Source: a virus
Virus record (IMG/VR): IMGVR_UViG_3300023179_009191
Span: 1-64,000 of that record
Length of the DNA stretch: 64,000 nt
Reading direction: 5' to 3' (one strand)
Within the stretch, counting starts at the first letter, position 1. The number at the start of each line of letters is the position of its first letter. Positions 29,626-39,499 of the stretch are shown piece after piece. A model generated the notes under the pieces. The model had not been told where the DNA came from and did not search any database. It saw only the letters and a program-made list of their open reading frames with translations. A program made the position numbers and the translations under genes.

Positions 29626-30804
29626 TTACTCAGTAAAAAATAAAAACCCCGCTTTCCCTAGGTATGGATCTGTGTCTTCCATGCTTTTAACAAAGTCATT
29701 TAAAAATGAATTTGTCCAAATATTTACACCCGAGAAACCTAAAACATTAGAACCACTGGGTTGATTAAAAAAACTAGAAATATAATTGTTCATGGAAGTG
29801 TAGGGTGATACAAAATTATTTAACGTAAAGGCACTAGTAGCAGTTAAAGAAGAAGATAAAAATTGAGGCTTATAATTTAAGAAAGAAAACTTTATGTATG
29901 TCTCATCTGTAAGTGGATAAAAATAATCTATAAAAACTATTACTTTTGTATCTATTATTTTACTGTAAACAGGGTACCAGGCGTAACTATCAGGTACATA
30001 AACACCGGTAAAATTGGCAGTATTGGTTGCTGGAACATCAAACCCACTTACAGCAGATAATTGAAAAGAATTTGCAGAAATAAAAGATGAATCTTTAGAA
30101 TATTTACAAACAGCCATGAGGCTTGAGCTTATTGTTTTAAAATTAGTAACATTTTTAAAATCAAAAACTAATACAGGTTCATAGTTATAAAAATCAGAAT
30201 AAGAAGAAATTAAATTTATTGTTGTGTTAAAACTTGTACTATCTGTAAAATTTGTTGTAAATTTAAATGTGTTTTGATTGGAAAGAGTAAAATTATAGAA
30301 AGTATTGTAATTATAAGCAGTATTTTCACTTAATGATTGAACATATGCTGCTACATTAAAATTTTTGTTCTTACTTTGAAACCCAGCTACACCTGACAAA
30401 GCATTTAATGAAAAATTAAAAGAAAAAGGAGATTCAAAAGAAACACCAAATACATTTCCTGTGCTTAAATTTTCTGCATAACAAGTGACACTTTTCTGCC
30501 CACCATAAATAAAATTACCAGAAAGTTTAGAATTTAAGCTAAACTGATAAAAATTATTTCCATTTAGACAGCCATTATTTTTAGAAAAAGTTTTCTTAAA
30601 CAATATTGGATAATCACTAATATTGGTAAATTCATCTCCTATTAAAATATAATTTGTATCATTTTCAGAGAAAGAAAAATTTGTTTCAACAGAAAAAACT
30701 TGACCTATTATTTTATTATTAAGCAGAGTAACTAAATTTTCAAAATCTGCTTGAGAAGGTATGCTTCTCTGTAAAAAGTTTTGTAATGTGCTGTAAATGT
30801 TCAT
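29626..30804 (-). CDS. Hypothetical Asn/Phe/Ser-rich protein
   Basis: 392-aa AT-rich ORF coupled to its neighbours. Confidence 0.65.
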   Translation of the reverse strand: MNIYSTLQNFLQRSIPSQADFENLVTLLNNKIIGQVFSVETNFSFSENDTNYILIGDEFTNISDYPILFKKTFSKNNGCLNGNNFYQFSLNSKLSGNFIYGGQKSVTCYAENLSTGNVFGVSFESPFSFNFSLNALSGVAGFQSKNKNFNVAAYVQSLSENTAYNYNTFYNFTLSNQNTFKFTTNFTDSTSFNTTINLISSYSDFYNYEPVLVFDFKNVTNFKTISSSLMAVCKYSKDSSFISANSFQLSAVSGFDVPATNTANFTGVYVPDSYAWYPVYSKIIDTKVIVFIDYFYPLTDETYIKFSFLNYKPQFLSSSLTATSAFTLNNFVSPYTSMNNYISSFFNQPSGSNVLGFSGVNIWTNSFLNDFVKSMEDTDPYLGKAGFLFFTE

Positions 30805-31127
30805 CTGTAGTTTAAAGTATAAATTACGCTTGGAGTTTGGTTTTCAATAAATCTCCCGCTATTGTCCACAACATATCTACCGCTTAAAGAAATAACAAGC
30901 CCTTTGCTATTATCTTTAGATTGATAGTTGAAAATATCTTTTATTTTTTGTGTTAAAGAATAATAATCTATTATGTTTAGCATGGAGTCAAGGTTGGCTG
31001 AAATATAACCATCAAAAGATGAGCCATAGAAAAAATCTTTGTATGAAGCACTTAGAGGGGTAGAAGTACTAAATGCAGATGCAGGTGGTAATACTGCTTT
31101 ATTAACTATAAAGTATTCATACTGCAT
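30801..31127 (-). CDS. Hypothetical late protein
   Basis: TAAATA-GTTAA-ATG. Confidence 0.6.
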   Translation of the reverse strand: MQYEYFIVNKAVLPPASAFSTSTPLSASYKDFFYGSSFDGYISANLDSMLNIIDYYSLTQKIKDIFNYQSKDNSKGLVISLSGRYVVDNSGRFIENQTPSVIYTLNYR

Positions 31128-31549
31128 TTAACTATTTATTATAGAAATGCAGATTTATATGTATTACCAGTATCTAAACCCTGAAATAAATGCTAAATGA
31201 ATAATAGCTCTAAAAGATATGAACAACATGGCTATCGTTAAAATACCAAAAAAACATTTAAAAATGTATTTGTTAATCATTTTTGAGTATAATAAAGGAA
31301 ATAAAATACAAATCAATATTGATTATTATTAAAAATGTTGTATACTTACAAGGTGAAAATGGTTGTTATATATGATATTGTGTATGAAAAGCTTGACAAA
31401 CGCAAAAAGCTTCCTTCTGAACTTGTAGCAGACTTGGATGATTATAAATGTCAAGTAGGATTCGGTAACTTAAATTACCGTTCTCACCAAGCCATATTTG
31501 AAGCAACAGGAGCATACGCTAAAACCTGTAAGATAAAGAATTTAGATTA

Positions 31550-32044
31550 ATGAAAATAGGTTTCAATTGCTCATCTTTTGATTTGTTGCATGCTGGTCAT
31601 GTTACTATGCTTCGCATGGAACGAGAGCTGTGTGATTATCTCAAAGTAGCATTGCAGGTTGACCCAACAATAGATAGACCTGGTATCAAGAACAAGCCCG
31701 TGCAGAGCATCTATGAGAGATATGTTCAGCTTCAAGCGTGCAAGTATGTGGATGAGATTCTAGTGTACAGTACAGAGTTTGATCTGTTACAGCTATTAAT
31801 GACTCAAACAATTCATGTGCGCTTCTTGAGTGAAGAATATGAGAACAGAGACTTTACAGGCAAGCAATATTGCATTGACAATGGTATAGAACTACATTAT
31901 CATAAGCGTCGTCACATATATTCTTCTAGTGAGCTCAGAGAAAGAACAGCCAAGCTAGAGAGTGCTAAGAATGAATCAGTTATAGCAGTTCCTCTGCAGT
32001 ATTCTCCAGAGCTAATAAAAACACCTACTAACGTGGTTAGCTAA
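31550..32044 (+). CDS. Cytidylyltransferase (TagD/glycerol-3-phosphate CTase-like)
   Basis: FDLLHAGHV HxGH motif, KPVQSIYER, CKYVDEI, R.HIYSSSELR. Confidence 0.88.
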   Translation: MKIGFNCSSFDLLHAGHVTMLRMERELCDYLKVALQVDPTIDRPGIKNKPVQSIYERYVQLQACKYVDEILVYSTEFDLLQLLMTQTIHVRFLSEEYENRDFTGKQYCIDNGIELHYHKRRHIYSSSELRERTAKLESAKNESVIAVPLQYSPELIKTPTNVVS

Positions 32045-32085
32045 AAAGTAGTTGACCTATTCTCAGATTCAGCCATAATATTGGC

Positions 32086-32352
32086 ATGATGAAAAAACAA
32101 ACGAACAAAGAGTACAGTCTGTTGGTGTACATGAATGCTCAGCACAAGTATACCGATTCAGAAACGCAATTAGAAACTTTGTGCAAAGAGAAGTTTAACG
32201 GACGCAATGTTGGAGGGGGCACCAATTTGAGCAATGGCAAGCGGGATCAGCAATTTGTTTTTAATAAACTCACTGATGCAAAAGCCTTTCTCAAGCATCC
32301 TTTTACCAAAGCAGTTACCCTCAAGAGTTTTGATCTTGTGGAGGTTGATTAA
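32086..32352 (+). CDS. Early hypothetical protein
   Basis: Promoter cassette with ATGATG. Confidence 0.7.
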   Translation: MMKKQTNKEYSLLVYMNAQHKYTDSETQLETLCKEKFNGRNVGGGTNLSNGKRDQQFVFNKLTDAKAFLKHPFTKAVTLKSFDLVEVD

Positions 32353-32353
32353 T

Positions 32354-32596
32354 ATGGAAAGCACAGAATACAAACTTCCTACTCTAAGTGAGTTTTATGA
32401 TATGCTCGAGCATCATGACTGGAGTTATCAATATTCTGATGATCATCGTTACTGGCGCAGAGGCCAGCAGCAAATGGCTGAAATTCGCACAGCCATAGAC
32501 TCAGGTGGCAAAGCATATAGTGATCTCTTTGAGCAATGGGATGGTTATGCATGGCGTGAAAAAGATAGTAATATTCCTAAGCCTATTAAACCTTAA
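32354..32596 (+). CDS. Hypothetical phage protein (HDW.Y.YSDD family)
   Basis: LEHHDWSYQYSDDHRYWRRG. Confidence 0.7.
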   Translation: MESTEYKLPTLSEFYDMLEHHDWSYQYSDDHRYWRRGQQQMAEIRTAIDSGGKAYSDLFEQWDGYAWREKDSNIPKPIKP

Positions 32597-32787
32597 TGAA
32601 TACAAATAATAACGAGCTTTTAATTGAAGCAGATACTAAATTGAGTGATCTGCTAGAGAAAGGCCATAATCTCACCATACCTCAAATGAGAGCTCTTCTC
32701 ACTGTAAGAGATTATATCAGATTGCTTCGTAAGAATTTAATAGAAAATAAAACTTGACTGATTTCTATATTCCTGCATAATTGTTGT

Positions 32788-33003
32788 ATGATGCCTGAGA
32801 TGTATCAAAAGAAAAAATTTAAAGGTAAGCACCTCAAAGGATGTGTATATGAATACTCTACCTGGATGGGAGACGATCTAGGATGGGTAGATACTTTCAG
32901 AGATGTTCAAGGTGAAAAGGCTCTAAATGCTTACTATCAAGCCAAAGCAGACTTTGAAGAGAGAGATTTTCAGCGCAAGATGGGTTTTAAGCTTGCTAAA
33001 TAA
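32788..33003 (+). CDS. Early protein, paralog of 39969-40172
   Basis: Near-identical protein to the second copy (KKFKGKHLKGC.YEYSTWMG.DLGWVDTFRD). Confidence 0.8.
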   Translation: MMPEMYQKKKFKGKHLKGCVYEYSTWMGDDLGWVDTFRDVQGEKALNAYYQAKADFEERDFQRKMGFKLAK

Positions 33004-33026
33004 TATAGTTCCTGCATAATATAGGC

Positions 33027-33305
33027 ATGATGAAAAAACATAAAGATACATTTGTTAAAGATTGGGAGAAATGGGCCAACATGATGAATGCTCTGCCATT
33101 GCAAATCCGAGTCAATTGCCGGTCAGCAGCAGCCCATAGTATTGAAAGGAGTGGCATGCTACCGGAAGGCTGTGGCATCAGTTCCTCAGACATTAATCAT
33201 GAATTGTTTAGCATATGGAAAGACAACGGCAAGGACTTAGCTGGGTATGTCTCTGCCATAGTAGAATTGTTAAACAGTAAAGATAGCATGGAGGTATTGA
33301 CATGA
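33027..33305 (+). CDS. Early protein, paralog of 37148-37420
   Basis: Shared SGMLPEGCGISSSD.NHELFSIWKD. Confidence 0.8.
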   Translation: MMKKHKDTFVKDWEKWANMMNALPLQIRVNCRSAAAHSIERSGMLPEGCGISSSDINHELFSIWKDNGKDLAGYVSAIVELLNSKDSMEVLT

Positions 33306-33437
33306 ACAAGCACGACTTTGCTTATAACTTGAGACGCATCATTGAATTGGCTCAACGCAGTACTGATGCTGTGGGTAGTGAGGATGATGATTGTCAGATT
33401 ATTAAAGTGATTGCAGAAGACATGTTGAGGCATTGTA

Positions 33438-33716
33438 ATGAACAAGTTTAAATTTGAATGGCAGTATGGTAATGCAGGAGCATCCAGCAAGGTTGGCAGT
33501 GTAGAAATATCTGAACCCAAACTTACCATGAAGTTTCAAGCAGATAGCCTAGATGAAATATTCAGACAGTTCAGCTTATTTTTAAGAGGATGTGGATATG
33601 ATTTCAAAGGAGACATCATTGTTGAAGACTTTGATTGGGGTACTAATGTGGTAACTAAGTATAAGGGCTTCTCTGAACGGGAGCAGGAGGCAGGCACTGT
33701 AGCTGTGACTGAATAG
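33438..33716 (+). CDS. Hypothetical phage protein
   Basis: FQADSLDEI...FLRGCGY.F.G; related to 34157-34495. Confidence 0.7.
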   Translation: MNKFKFEWQYGNAGASSKVGSVEISEPKLTMKFQADSLDEIFRQFSLFLRGCGYDFKGDIIVEDFDWGTNVVTKYKGFSEREQEAGTVAVTE

Positions 33717-33798
33717 ATTAGACCTCTTGCGCGCCAGGCACATAGCCGGGAAGGCGAAGACCTAAGTTTCTAATCGTTCCTCCGCTCTTGATTTTTAT

Positions 33799-33870
33799 GA
33801 GGTTCGTGGTGTAATGACAGCACTTCAGATTGTGGTTCTGACTGATAGGGTTTAAATCCCTCCGAACCTC
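33799..33870 (+). tRNA. tRNA-His(GTG)
   Basis: G-1 and C73; acceptor AGGTTCG/CGAACCT; TCAGA-TTGTGGT-TCTGA anticodon arm; atypical D loop (GA) and T loop (TTTAAAT). Confidence 0.8.
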
Positions 33871-33914
33871 CCTTTTATAGTTGAACAATTTTCTATTTCA
33901 CTTATAATATAAAC

Positions 33915-34151
33915 ATGAAAAATACTAAGACGTTGCCAGAAATTAAAATTGGTCCATTCAAGCCTGCTAAGTATTATCAAGCTGACTTTACCGGTCCAGA
34001 TAAATTCATGGATGAGATCACAGAACTGGGACGCAAAGTTGCTACAAACGATGAGCTTTTTAACATTGGTATTAACTATGTTCTTTCTAATGCAGTTAAT
34101 GGTCAATTTGAGCTTACTTCAGTAGATAAGAAGAAGAAAAAGAAGAAGTGA
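33915..34151 (+). CDS. Small protein with poly-Lys tail
   Basis: Promoter TTG 34 nt upstream of ATG; ends DKKKKKKK. Confidence 0.65.
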   Translation: MKNTKTLPEIKIGPFKPAKYYQADFTGPDKFMDEITELGRKVATNDELFNIGINYVLSNAVNGQFELTSVDKKKKKKK

Positions 34152-34156
34152 GCTAG

Positions 34157-34495
34157 ATGGCAGTTAAATTTACATTAACAGGAGAGCATTTACCTTATGG
34201 TGAATTGCAATCTGCTGAAACTAATAACTTGGTTCAGAGTAAAATTACCCATGAGTTTGTAGCAGAAACTTTAGATGAGGTGTTGCCTCAAATAAAGGCT
34301 TTCTTACTTGGATTGCAATATAACCCAGAAGGAGATCTGGAATTTGTTAATAATTATCCAGACACTCCTACAGAACAGCCTTTTGAATACAAACCATACA
34401 GTTGGCAAGAGCATAATCCTGTGCATGCCAAAGATATTAAGCAGACCACTACCCTAGGTAATACTAAGAAACATAATTGTGTGTCCAAATTGTAA
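34157..34495 (+). CDS. Hypothetical phage protein
   Basis: HEFVAETLDEVL...FLLGLQY. Confidence 0.65.
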   Translation: MAVKFTLTGEHLPYGELQSAETNNLVQSKITHEFVAETLDEVLPQIKAFLLGLQYNPEGDLEFVNNYPDTPTEQPFEYKPYSWQEHNPVHAKDIKQTTTLGNTKKHNCVSKL

Positions 34496-34752
34496 GCTAT
34501 TAATTGGTACAGAGTTTAATTTGAGCGTATTTATCCTGCTAGGATTTGTTGCTTGCATAACTGCATTTCTCATTTATATTATAAGAAAGAATATATGAGT
34601 GATTTAGTAGATGTTTGGTTTACTTTGGAACAATTGAAAACAATTAAACTTTCTCTAAGTAATTATTACCATGAATGTTCTTCAGATTCTCAATTGGAGC
34701 TTGATCCTATCATAGAGCATATTGACCATCTTATTAAACATTATAATCATAA

Positions 34753-35046
34753 ATGAGCATAGACCCCAAGAACAAAGTAGATAAATTTATATTAGAAGCT
34801 GTGAAGAAAATGTTCTCTACTATTGGAGAGAAATATACTGCAGAGTTTGTATTGGACAAAACCTGGTTTCAAAAGAAACAATGGGATATGCAGCAAGAGA
34901 AAAAGTTTAAGAAATGGTTTATTGGCCATGCCAGAAAGCGTTTGGGCTGGAATAAAGCATTAAGTGAAAAAGAATATAGCTGGTTTAACTTGATGTGGGG
35001 GTGGAGTTACAAGGATGAAACAAGAGCTAGAAAACAAACTGTATGA
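34753..35046 (+). CDS. Hypothetical Trp-rich protein
   Basis: 97-aa ORF. Confidence 0.65.
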   Translation: MSIDPKNKVDKFILEAVKKMFSTIGEKYTAEFVLDKTWFQKKQWDMQQEKKFKKWFIGHARKRLGWNKALSEKEYSWFNLMWGWSYKDETRARKQTV

Positions 35047-35234
35047 GATATGCAATAACTAAAACTTATGATACAGATTCAGACAACCCATATACAAATA
35101 AAGTACCTAGTTTTAATGTTATTGATCTAAAGAACGGTCTTCAGATCATGGATACATTTTATACTCAAGAAGCTGCTGAAAGATACTTGAGTGATATTAT
35201 TGATGAAGCAAGAACTAGAAAACAAACTGTATAA
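35043..35234 (+). CDS. Small protein flanked by 31-bp direct repeats
   Basis: Repeats at 35014-35044 and 35202-35232. Confidence 0.6.
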   Translation: MRYAITKTYDTDSDNPYTNKVPSFNVIDLKNGLQIMDTFYTQEAAERYLSDIIDEARTRKQTV

Positions 35235-35541
35235 CGATTTTCCCAAGCTCTTTCGTCAGAAAGACCTGGACAAAATGCAAACATGCATGTGCTGGGGCAT
35301 TGAATGTCCTGATGAATGGTTTGATGTGATCTACAAAGCATGTCAACTAATTCAATCCAGGATTGATAATAATCAGCATTTATCTGACAAATATCCGCAA
35401 ATTGAATTTACTCAAGCCAAAGAGAAATTTGGAACTTTGTGCATGTACTACCATCCCCCCACTGATTGGGTGGATGGGGTGTTAGACATGGCAGATGCCA
35501 TATTATATAATGATAAGTTGATTGGCAGACAGCTTAAATGA
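35203..35541 (+). CDS. Conserved phage hypothetical protein
   Basis: MKQELENKL...CMCWGIECPDEWF...QAKEKFGTL. Confidence 0.75.
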   Translation: MKQELENKLYNDFPKLFRQKDLDKMQTCMCWGIECPDEWFDVIYKACQLIQSRIDNNQHLSDKYPQIEFTQAKEKFGTLCMYYHPPTDWVDGVLDMADAILYNDKLIGRQLK

Positions 35542-35633
35542 ATAGTGTGATTGAATTTGCAGATGTGGCTTCTGTATTTTTATGCTTGAGCTTCTTCATA
35601 TTCTGCTATATGATGTTTAAGAATAAATAAATT

Positions 35634-36323
35634 ATGGGACTATTTGACACAGTAATTATTGAAAAACTTAAACTGGAATATCCTCCAGAAGTGGATAGCT
35701 TCTTGAAAGAAAGAAATGCAGAATTTCCTAATGATTTTCAAACCAAAGATTTGGATTGCAGCATGGCCATGTACAAAATCACAGAAGATGGCCAACTGTG
35801 GCATGAGCAAAGGGTCCCTAATGGTAAGAAAGTAAAAAGAGAGCCATGGCCCAGGTTCAAGCAGGACTTGTCTTGGCTGGAAACTGTTTACTGGGATTAT
35901 AGAGAAAAGCAGCTTGATAAAAAAATGAATGCATTGTATTCTGAATTTGATGAAGGTTATGATTTGGTTTTCAAACCTTCTAATGTTACTACCACTATCA
36001 ATCTGTATACTTTTGAATTGATTCAAGACAAATACTTGACCTTAGATTACGAAGTAATCTTGGTAGGAGGCAAAGTAGTGAGCTCCCGTTTAACTCATCA
36101 TGAGATTGAAACAGATGAAGAAAAAAATAATAGAGAGATTAGAGATAAAGAGTTAGACGAAAATCTAACCGCCCGCAGAAAAGCTTTGAATAAACTGCAT
36201 GCACAATGGTATTACCCTGTTATTAAAGAGGTATACAATCCTCTGGTATTTCTTACAAGTAAGTCCCTGCAATACATAGCAGAAAGACTAAAACAGTTGA
36301 GCTATAAGCTAACAAAATATTGA
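35634..36323 (+). CDS. Hypothetical phage protein (paralog of 8978-9664)
   Basis: MGLFDTV, DFQTKDLD, QWYYPVIKEVYNP. Confidence 0.8.
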   Translation: MGLFDTVIIEKLKLEYPPEVDSFLKERNAEFPNDFQTKDLDCSMAMYKITEDGQLWHEQRVPNGKKVKREPWPRFKQDLSWLETVYWDYREKQLDKKMNALYSEFDEGYDLVFKPSNVTTTINLYTFELIQDKYLTLDYEVILVGGKVVSSRLTHHEIETDEEKNNREIRDKELDENLTARRKALNKLHAQWYYPVIKEVYNPLVFLTSKSLQYIAERLKQLSYKLTKY

Positions 36324-36360
36324 AAATACTTTTAAAAAAGAGAGAAAGGAGTATATCTGG

Positions 36361-36639
36361 GTGAGTAAAGATAAACAATTAGAAAGTGCTTGGAAAGTGA
36401 GATTTCCTTTTTGGTTTTGGGGTAAACTTCCCTTCAATTTAAGATATGAAATCTTTCTGTTTCACAAGTTGAGAGAATGGAGAGATGGAATGTCCTTCTT
36501 TGAATTGATTATTAATTTAGACAGGTATGACAAATTTGAATATATAAAATTTAAAGATAACCCTACATTTAATTTTCATTTAATCATTTTAAACTTTACA
36601 ATATTTCAGATAGAAATATACAAAAGAAAAAATGACTAA
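36361..36639 (+). CDS. Hypothetical protein
   Basis: AAGGAG RBS, GTG start. Confidence 0.55.
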   Translation: MSKDKQLESAWKVRFPFWFWGKLPFNLRYEIFLFHKLREWRDGMSFFELIINLDRYDKFEYIKFKDNPTFNFHLIILNFTIFQIEIYKRKND

Positions 36640-36892
36640 TAACGAACTTCACAACGAATTGATGCATGTTGTGGTGAGGCTCCCCCAAGATTATGAGCCT
36701 TTTGGAACAGTTAAGAGATGGGAAGATGATAACAAAAATTATCCAGATTGTTCCATGGGGTGTAGGTATTATAAACCTCTGAAAGGAGAGTTGGGCCAAG
36801 ATTGGGGTGTTTGTGTTAACCGCAACAATTACAGGTTTGGATTATTGACTTTTGAACATATGAGCGGGGTTACTTGTTTCGAAAAAGCTTGA
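36632..36892 (+). CDS. DUF3027-like Cys-containing protein
   Basis: CSMGCRYY.PL.GELGQDWGVC.N...GLLTFEH. Confidence 0.6.
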   Translation: MTNNELHNELMHVVVRLPQDYEPFGTVKRWEDDNKNYPDCSMGCRYYKPLKGELGQDWGVCVNRNNYRFGLLTFEHMSGVTCFEKA

Positions 36893-36922
36893 CCATATTC
36901 TAAATTCCTACATATTTTAACC

Positions 36923-37108
36923 ATGGATTTAACAACTAATGTACAAAGACTAGTGGAAGAGATCTGCTACATGTCTGAGGGATTTGGAAGTATAGACAGA
37001 GCTATTAGCTTTGCTAAAGATAGACAAATTAATCTTAACTATCATGTTCCCGGTCATATGTGGCCAGACATTGAGCTTGAGTTGGAAGAGCTTATAGCCA
37101 ATCAATAA
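36923..37108 (+). CDS. Early hypothetical protein
   Basis: Promoter cassette. Confidence 0.6.
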   Translation: MDLTTNVQRLVEEICYMSEGFGSIDRAISFAKDRQINLNYHVPGHMWPDIELELEELIANQ

Positions 37109-37147
37109 AAAGCTTGACTAAATTTCTAGTTCCTTCATAATATAGGC

Positions 37148-37420
37148 ATGATGAAAAAAGATACATTTATAAAAGATTGGGAAGAATGGGCTGATATGAC
37201 CAACAAGCTTCCTTTGGAGATTCGAGTCAATAGCCGCAGGGCAGGGGCTTACAGTATCAAAAAGAGTGGCATGCTACCAGAAGGCTGTGGCATCAGTTCT
37301 TCAGATGTTAATCATGAATTGTTTAGCATCTGGAAAGATTGCGGTAAAGATTTTTCCAGCTATCTTTCAACGTTAGTTGAGCTTTTAAATCAGAGAGAAG
37401 ATAGTGAGGTAATGGCATGA
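37148..37420 (+). CDS. Early protein, paralog of 33027-33305
   Basis: Promoter cassette and protein similarity. Confidence 0.8.
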   Translation: MMKKDTFIKDWEEWADMTNKLPLEIRVNSRRAGAYSIKKSGMLPEGCGISSSDVNHELFSIWKDCGKDFSSYLSTLVELLNQREDSEVMA

Positions 37421-37856
37421 AGCTTTCCGTTAATTTAGTTATTTTTATTCTGGGCATTTTATGCTGGAGTATTATAATTAGTGGAAGTATATTAATAAAT
37501 TATCTACTCAAATGAATCATACTGAATCAAATAATTTTACAGAAGAACATCTTGGCAAGAGAGTAAAATTCTATCTGGATGATGGTTCGCTTTTTACTGG
37601 CATTATTACTAGTTTTCCCAATGAAGAGCATGTGTCTGTTCTGGTTGATCATGCCTGGTCAAATTGGAATTGGTATGTGAGGAATGAAGCTGTCTTGCTT
37701 GTATGACTCAGAAACAAGCTCTTAAAATATTGAAGTGCATTCAGATAGATCCCTCCCTAGCAGACCAATTTACTGAAGAAGAAATAGAACAACTTGAATG
37801 TGAAGCTCATAAAAAAGCTTGACAAAATATAATATTTCACTCATAATATAACAATC

Positions 37857-38768
37857 ATGAATATAAAAGTGGGATCTACAAAGTTTCAACATATCAGTGA
37901 AATTACCATTCCAGATGTGTATTACCGCAGGCTCAAGTGTGGCAATGAGAAGATTGATGCTGCATTTGGTGATGGCATTTTGCCTGGTAGTAGCATTACT
38001 CTGACTGCCCGGGCTGGCATGGGCAAGACTACTTTTGTGTTGCAGTTGCTGGAAATGCTTAACAATCAAGGACACAAAGTGGGCTACTGCTCTTCTGAGG
38101 AGAGTGTTGCCCAGCTTGCCATGACTTGCAAACGTTTGCAAGTGAAGAATATCCAGGTGTGCAATGAGAGTGATGTGGATACCATCTCCAAGTACATGGA
38201 AGACTTGGATGTTGTTGTGGTAGATAGCTTTCAGAGTTTGGTCAAAGGCAATAAGAAGGGCAGAGAGCTGGAGAAGTATTGCATTGAGAAATTGGTAATT
38301 CGTGCCAAGGAGACTGAGTGTGCAGTTATCTTGATCTGTCACAATACCAAAGCTGGTGGCATCAAGGGCAGTTCTTTTATTATTCATGCTGTGGATGTTA
38401 ACATTTCTATTCACCAGATCAAAGACGCTGATATTAATGCCCGTTGCATTCGGTTTGATAAGAATCGCTTTGGTCCTGCAGTTGATATTGAAGGGTTCAT
38501 TGAATACTCTGGTTATGACTTTGACAAAGAGGTGGTTGTTGATGCAGGTGCAGATAACAAGCCTTCCAAAGCAGACAAGAAGAAAGAGCAGAGAGACATT
38601 ATTCTCAAGATGGAAACGGTTACTGTGCAAGAGGTTTGCAAGAAACTCAGCATTGACAGTACCCGTGCAGGATTTCTTCTCAGAGAACTGGTCCTGGAAT
38701 GCAAATTGGTCAAGCAAGGCAGAGGGGTTGAAGCCACTTATGCCAAGCCTGATATTAATGTTGACTAG
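37857..38768 (+). CDS. RadA/Sms-like RecA-fold ATPase
   Basis: GDGILPGS, Walker A ARAGMGKTT, SSEES..Q, Walker B VVVVDSFQ, ICHNTKAG, KNRFG. Confidence 0.85.
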   Translation: MNIKVGSTKFQHISEITIPDVYYRRLKCGNEKIDAAFGDGILPGSSITLTARAGMGKTTFVLQLLEMLNNQGHKVGYCSSEESVAQLAMTCKRLQVKNIQVCNESDVDTISKYMEDLDVVVVDSFQSLVKGNKKGRELEKYCIEKLVIRAKETECAVILICHNTKAGGIKGSSFIIHAVDVNISIHQIKDADINARCIRFDKNRFGPAVDIEGFIEYSGYDFDKEVVVDAGADNKPSKADKKKEQRDIILKMETVTVQEVCKKLSIDSTRAGFLLRELVLECKLVKQGRGVEATYAKPDINVD

Positions 38769-38794
38769 GTCTTATATTCCTTCATAATAGTATC

Positions 38795-39379
38795 ATGATG
38801 ATTGCACAAGATACCAAAGTTATTAACGATAGCCATTTTGACCGTCTTTATAATAAAGACTTTGTGTTTGATGTTCATGATACGAATAACTTTCTTCGCC
38901 TTCCTAATGGCAGAGTTCAGGCTAACGTTTCTTTTAGCCCTCGTTATTCAGATCGCTATTCCACTAAGAATAACTATCTTTTTATTAGCGGTGAGCGTGG
39001 TCCTCATGAGTTAGATTCCTCTGTTAAGTATTACCATCAAGAGCTTCAACCTGGCCCAAAAGGTGAGGATGAAGCCATGGATAAAGAATGGCGTATTTAC
39101 AATCGTAAAGAAGTTAAGATCATGAACACATATCTTCTTATTCTGGGTTGTGAAATTGAATATCGTGCTAAGAATGTTGACAGCGAAACTTCGTGGGATT
39201 TTCCTGGTTTCTATATGGTACTATCAGAGTGGCTTAACAAGAGTGGTTTTTATAATCGAACCTTCAGTCCTTATGCTGGCTGCCAGATATGCAAATGCTC
39301 CCCTGGCTTCAAGTTAAAGAATGTGCATCCTAGCATTAAGAATGTGGCCATGTATGTGGATTTCAAAGAAAATGAGTGA
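38795..39379 (+). CDS. Early hypothetical protein with AGC..C.CSPGF motif
   Basis: Promoter cassette; YAGCQICKCSPGF. Confidence 0.7.
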   Translation: MMIAQDTKVINDSHFDRLYNKDFVFDVHDTNNFLRLPNGRVQANVSFSPRYSDRYSTKNNYLFISGERGPHELDSSVKYYHQELQPGPKGEDEAMDKEWRIYNRKEVKIMNTYLLILGCEIEYRAKNVDSETSWDFPGFYMVLSEWLNKSGFYNRTFSPYAGCQICKCSPGFKLKNVHPSIKNVAMYVDFKENE

Positions 39380-39499
39380 TGGCATTTACTTGGAAGCTAT
39401 TCAAAATCTTAGAGAAGAAAACAAGAAGCTAGAAGAGCAAGTTTCATCCCTGAAAAAAATGATTGAGGACCTTATCAATTCCTATAACATTGTTATTAA

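Noticed and set aside
37770-38717. 315-aa minus-strand ORF (likewise 48792-49448 plus and 58089-58664 minus)
   Set aside because: Antisense shadows of well-supported genes (RadA-like, HNH, nrdA)
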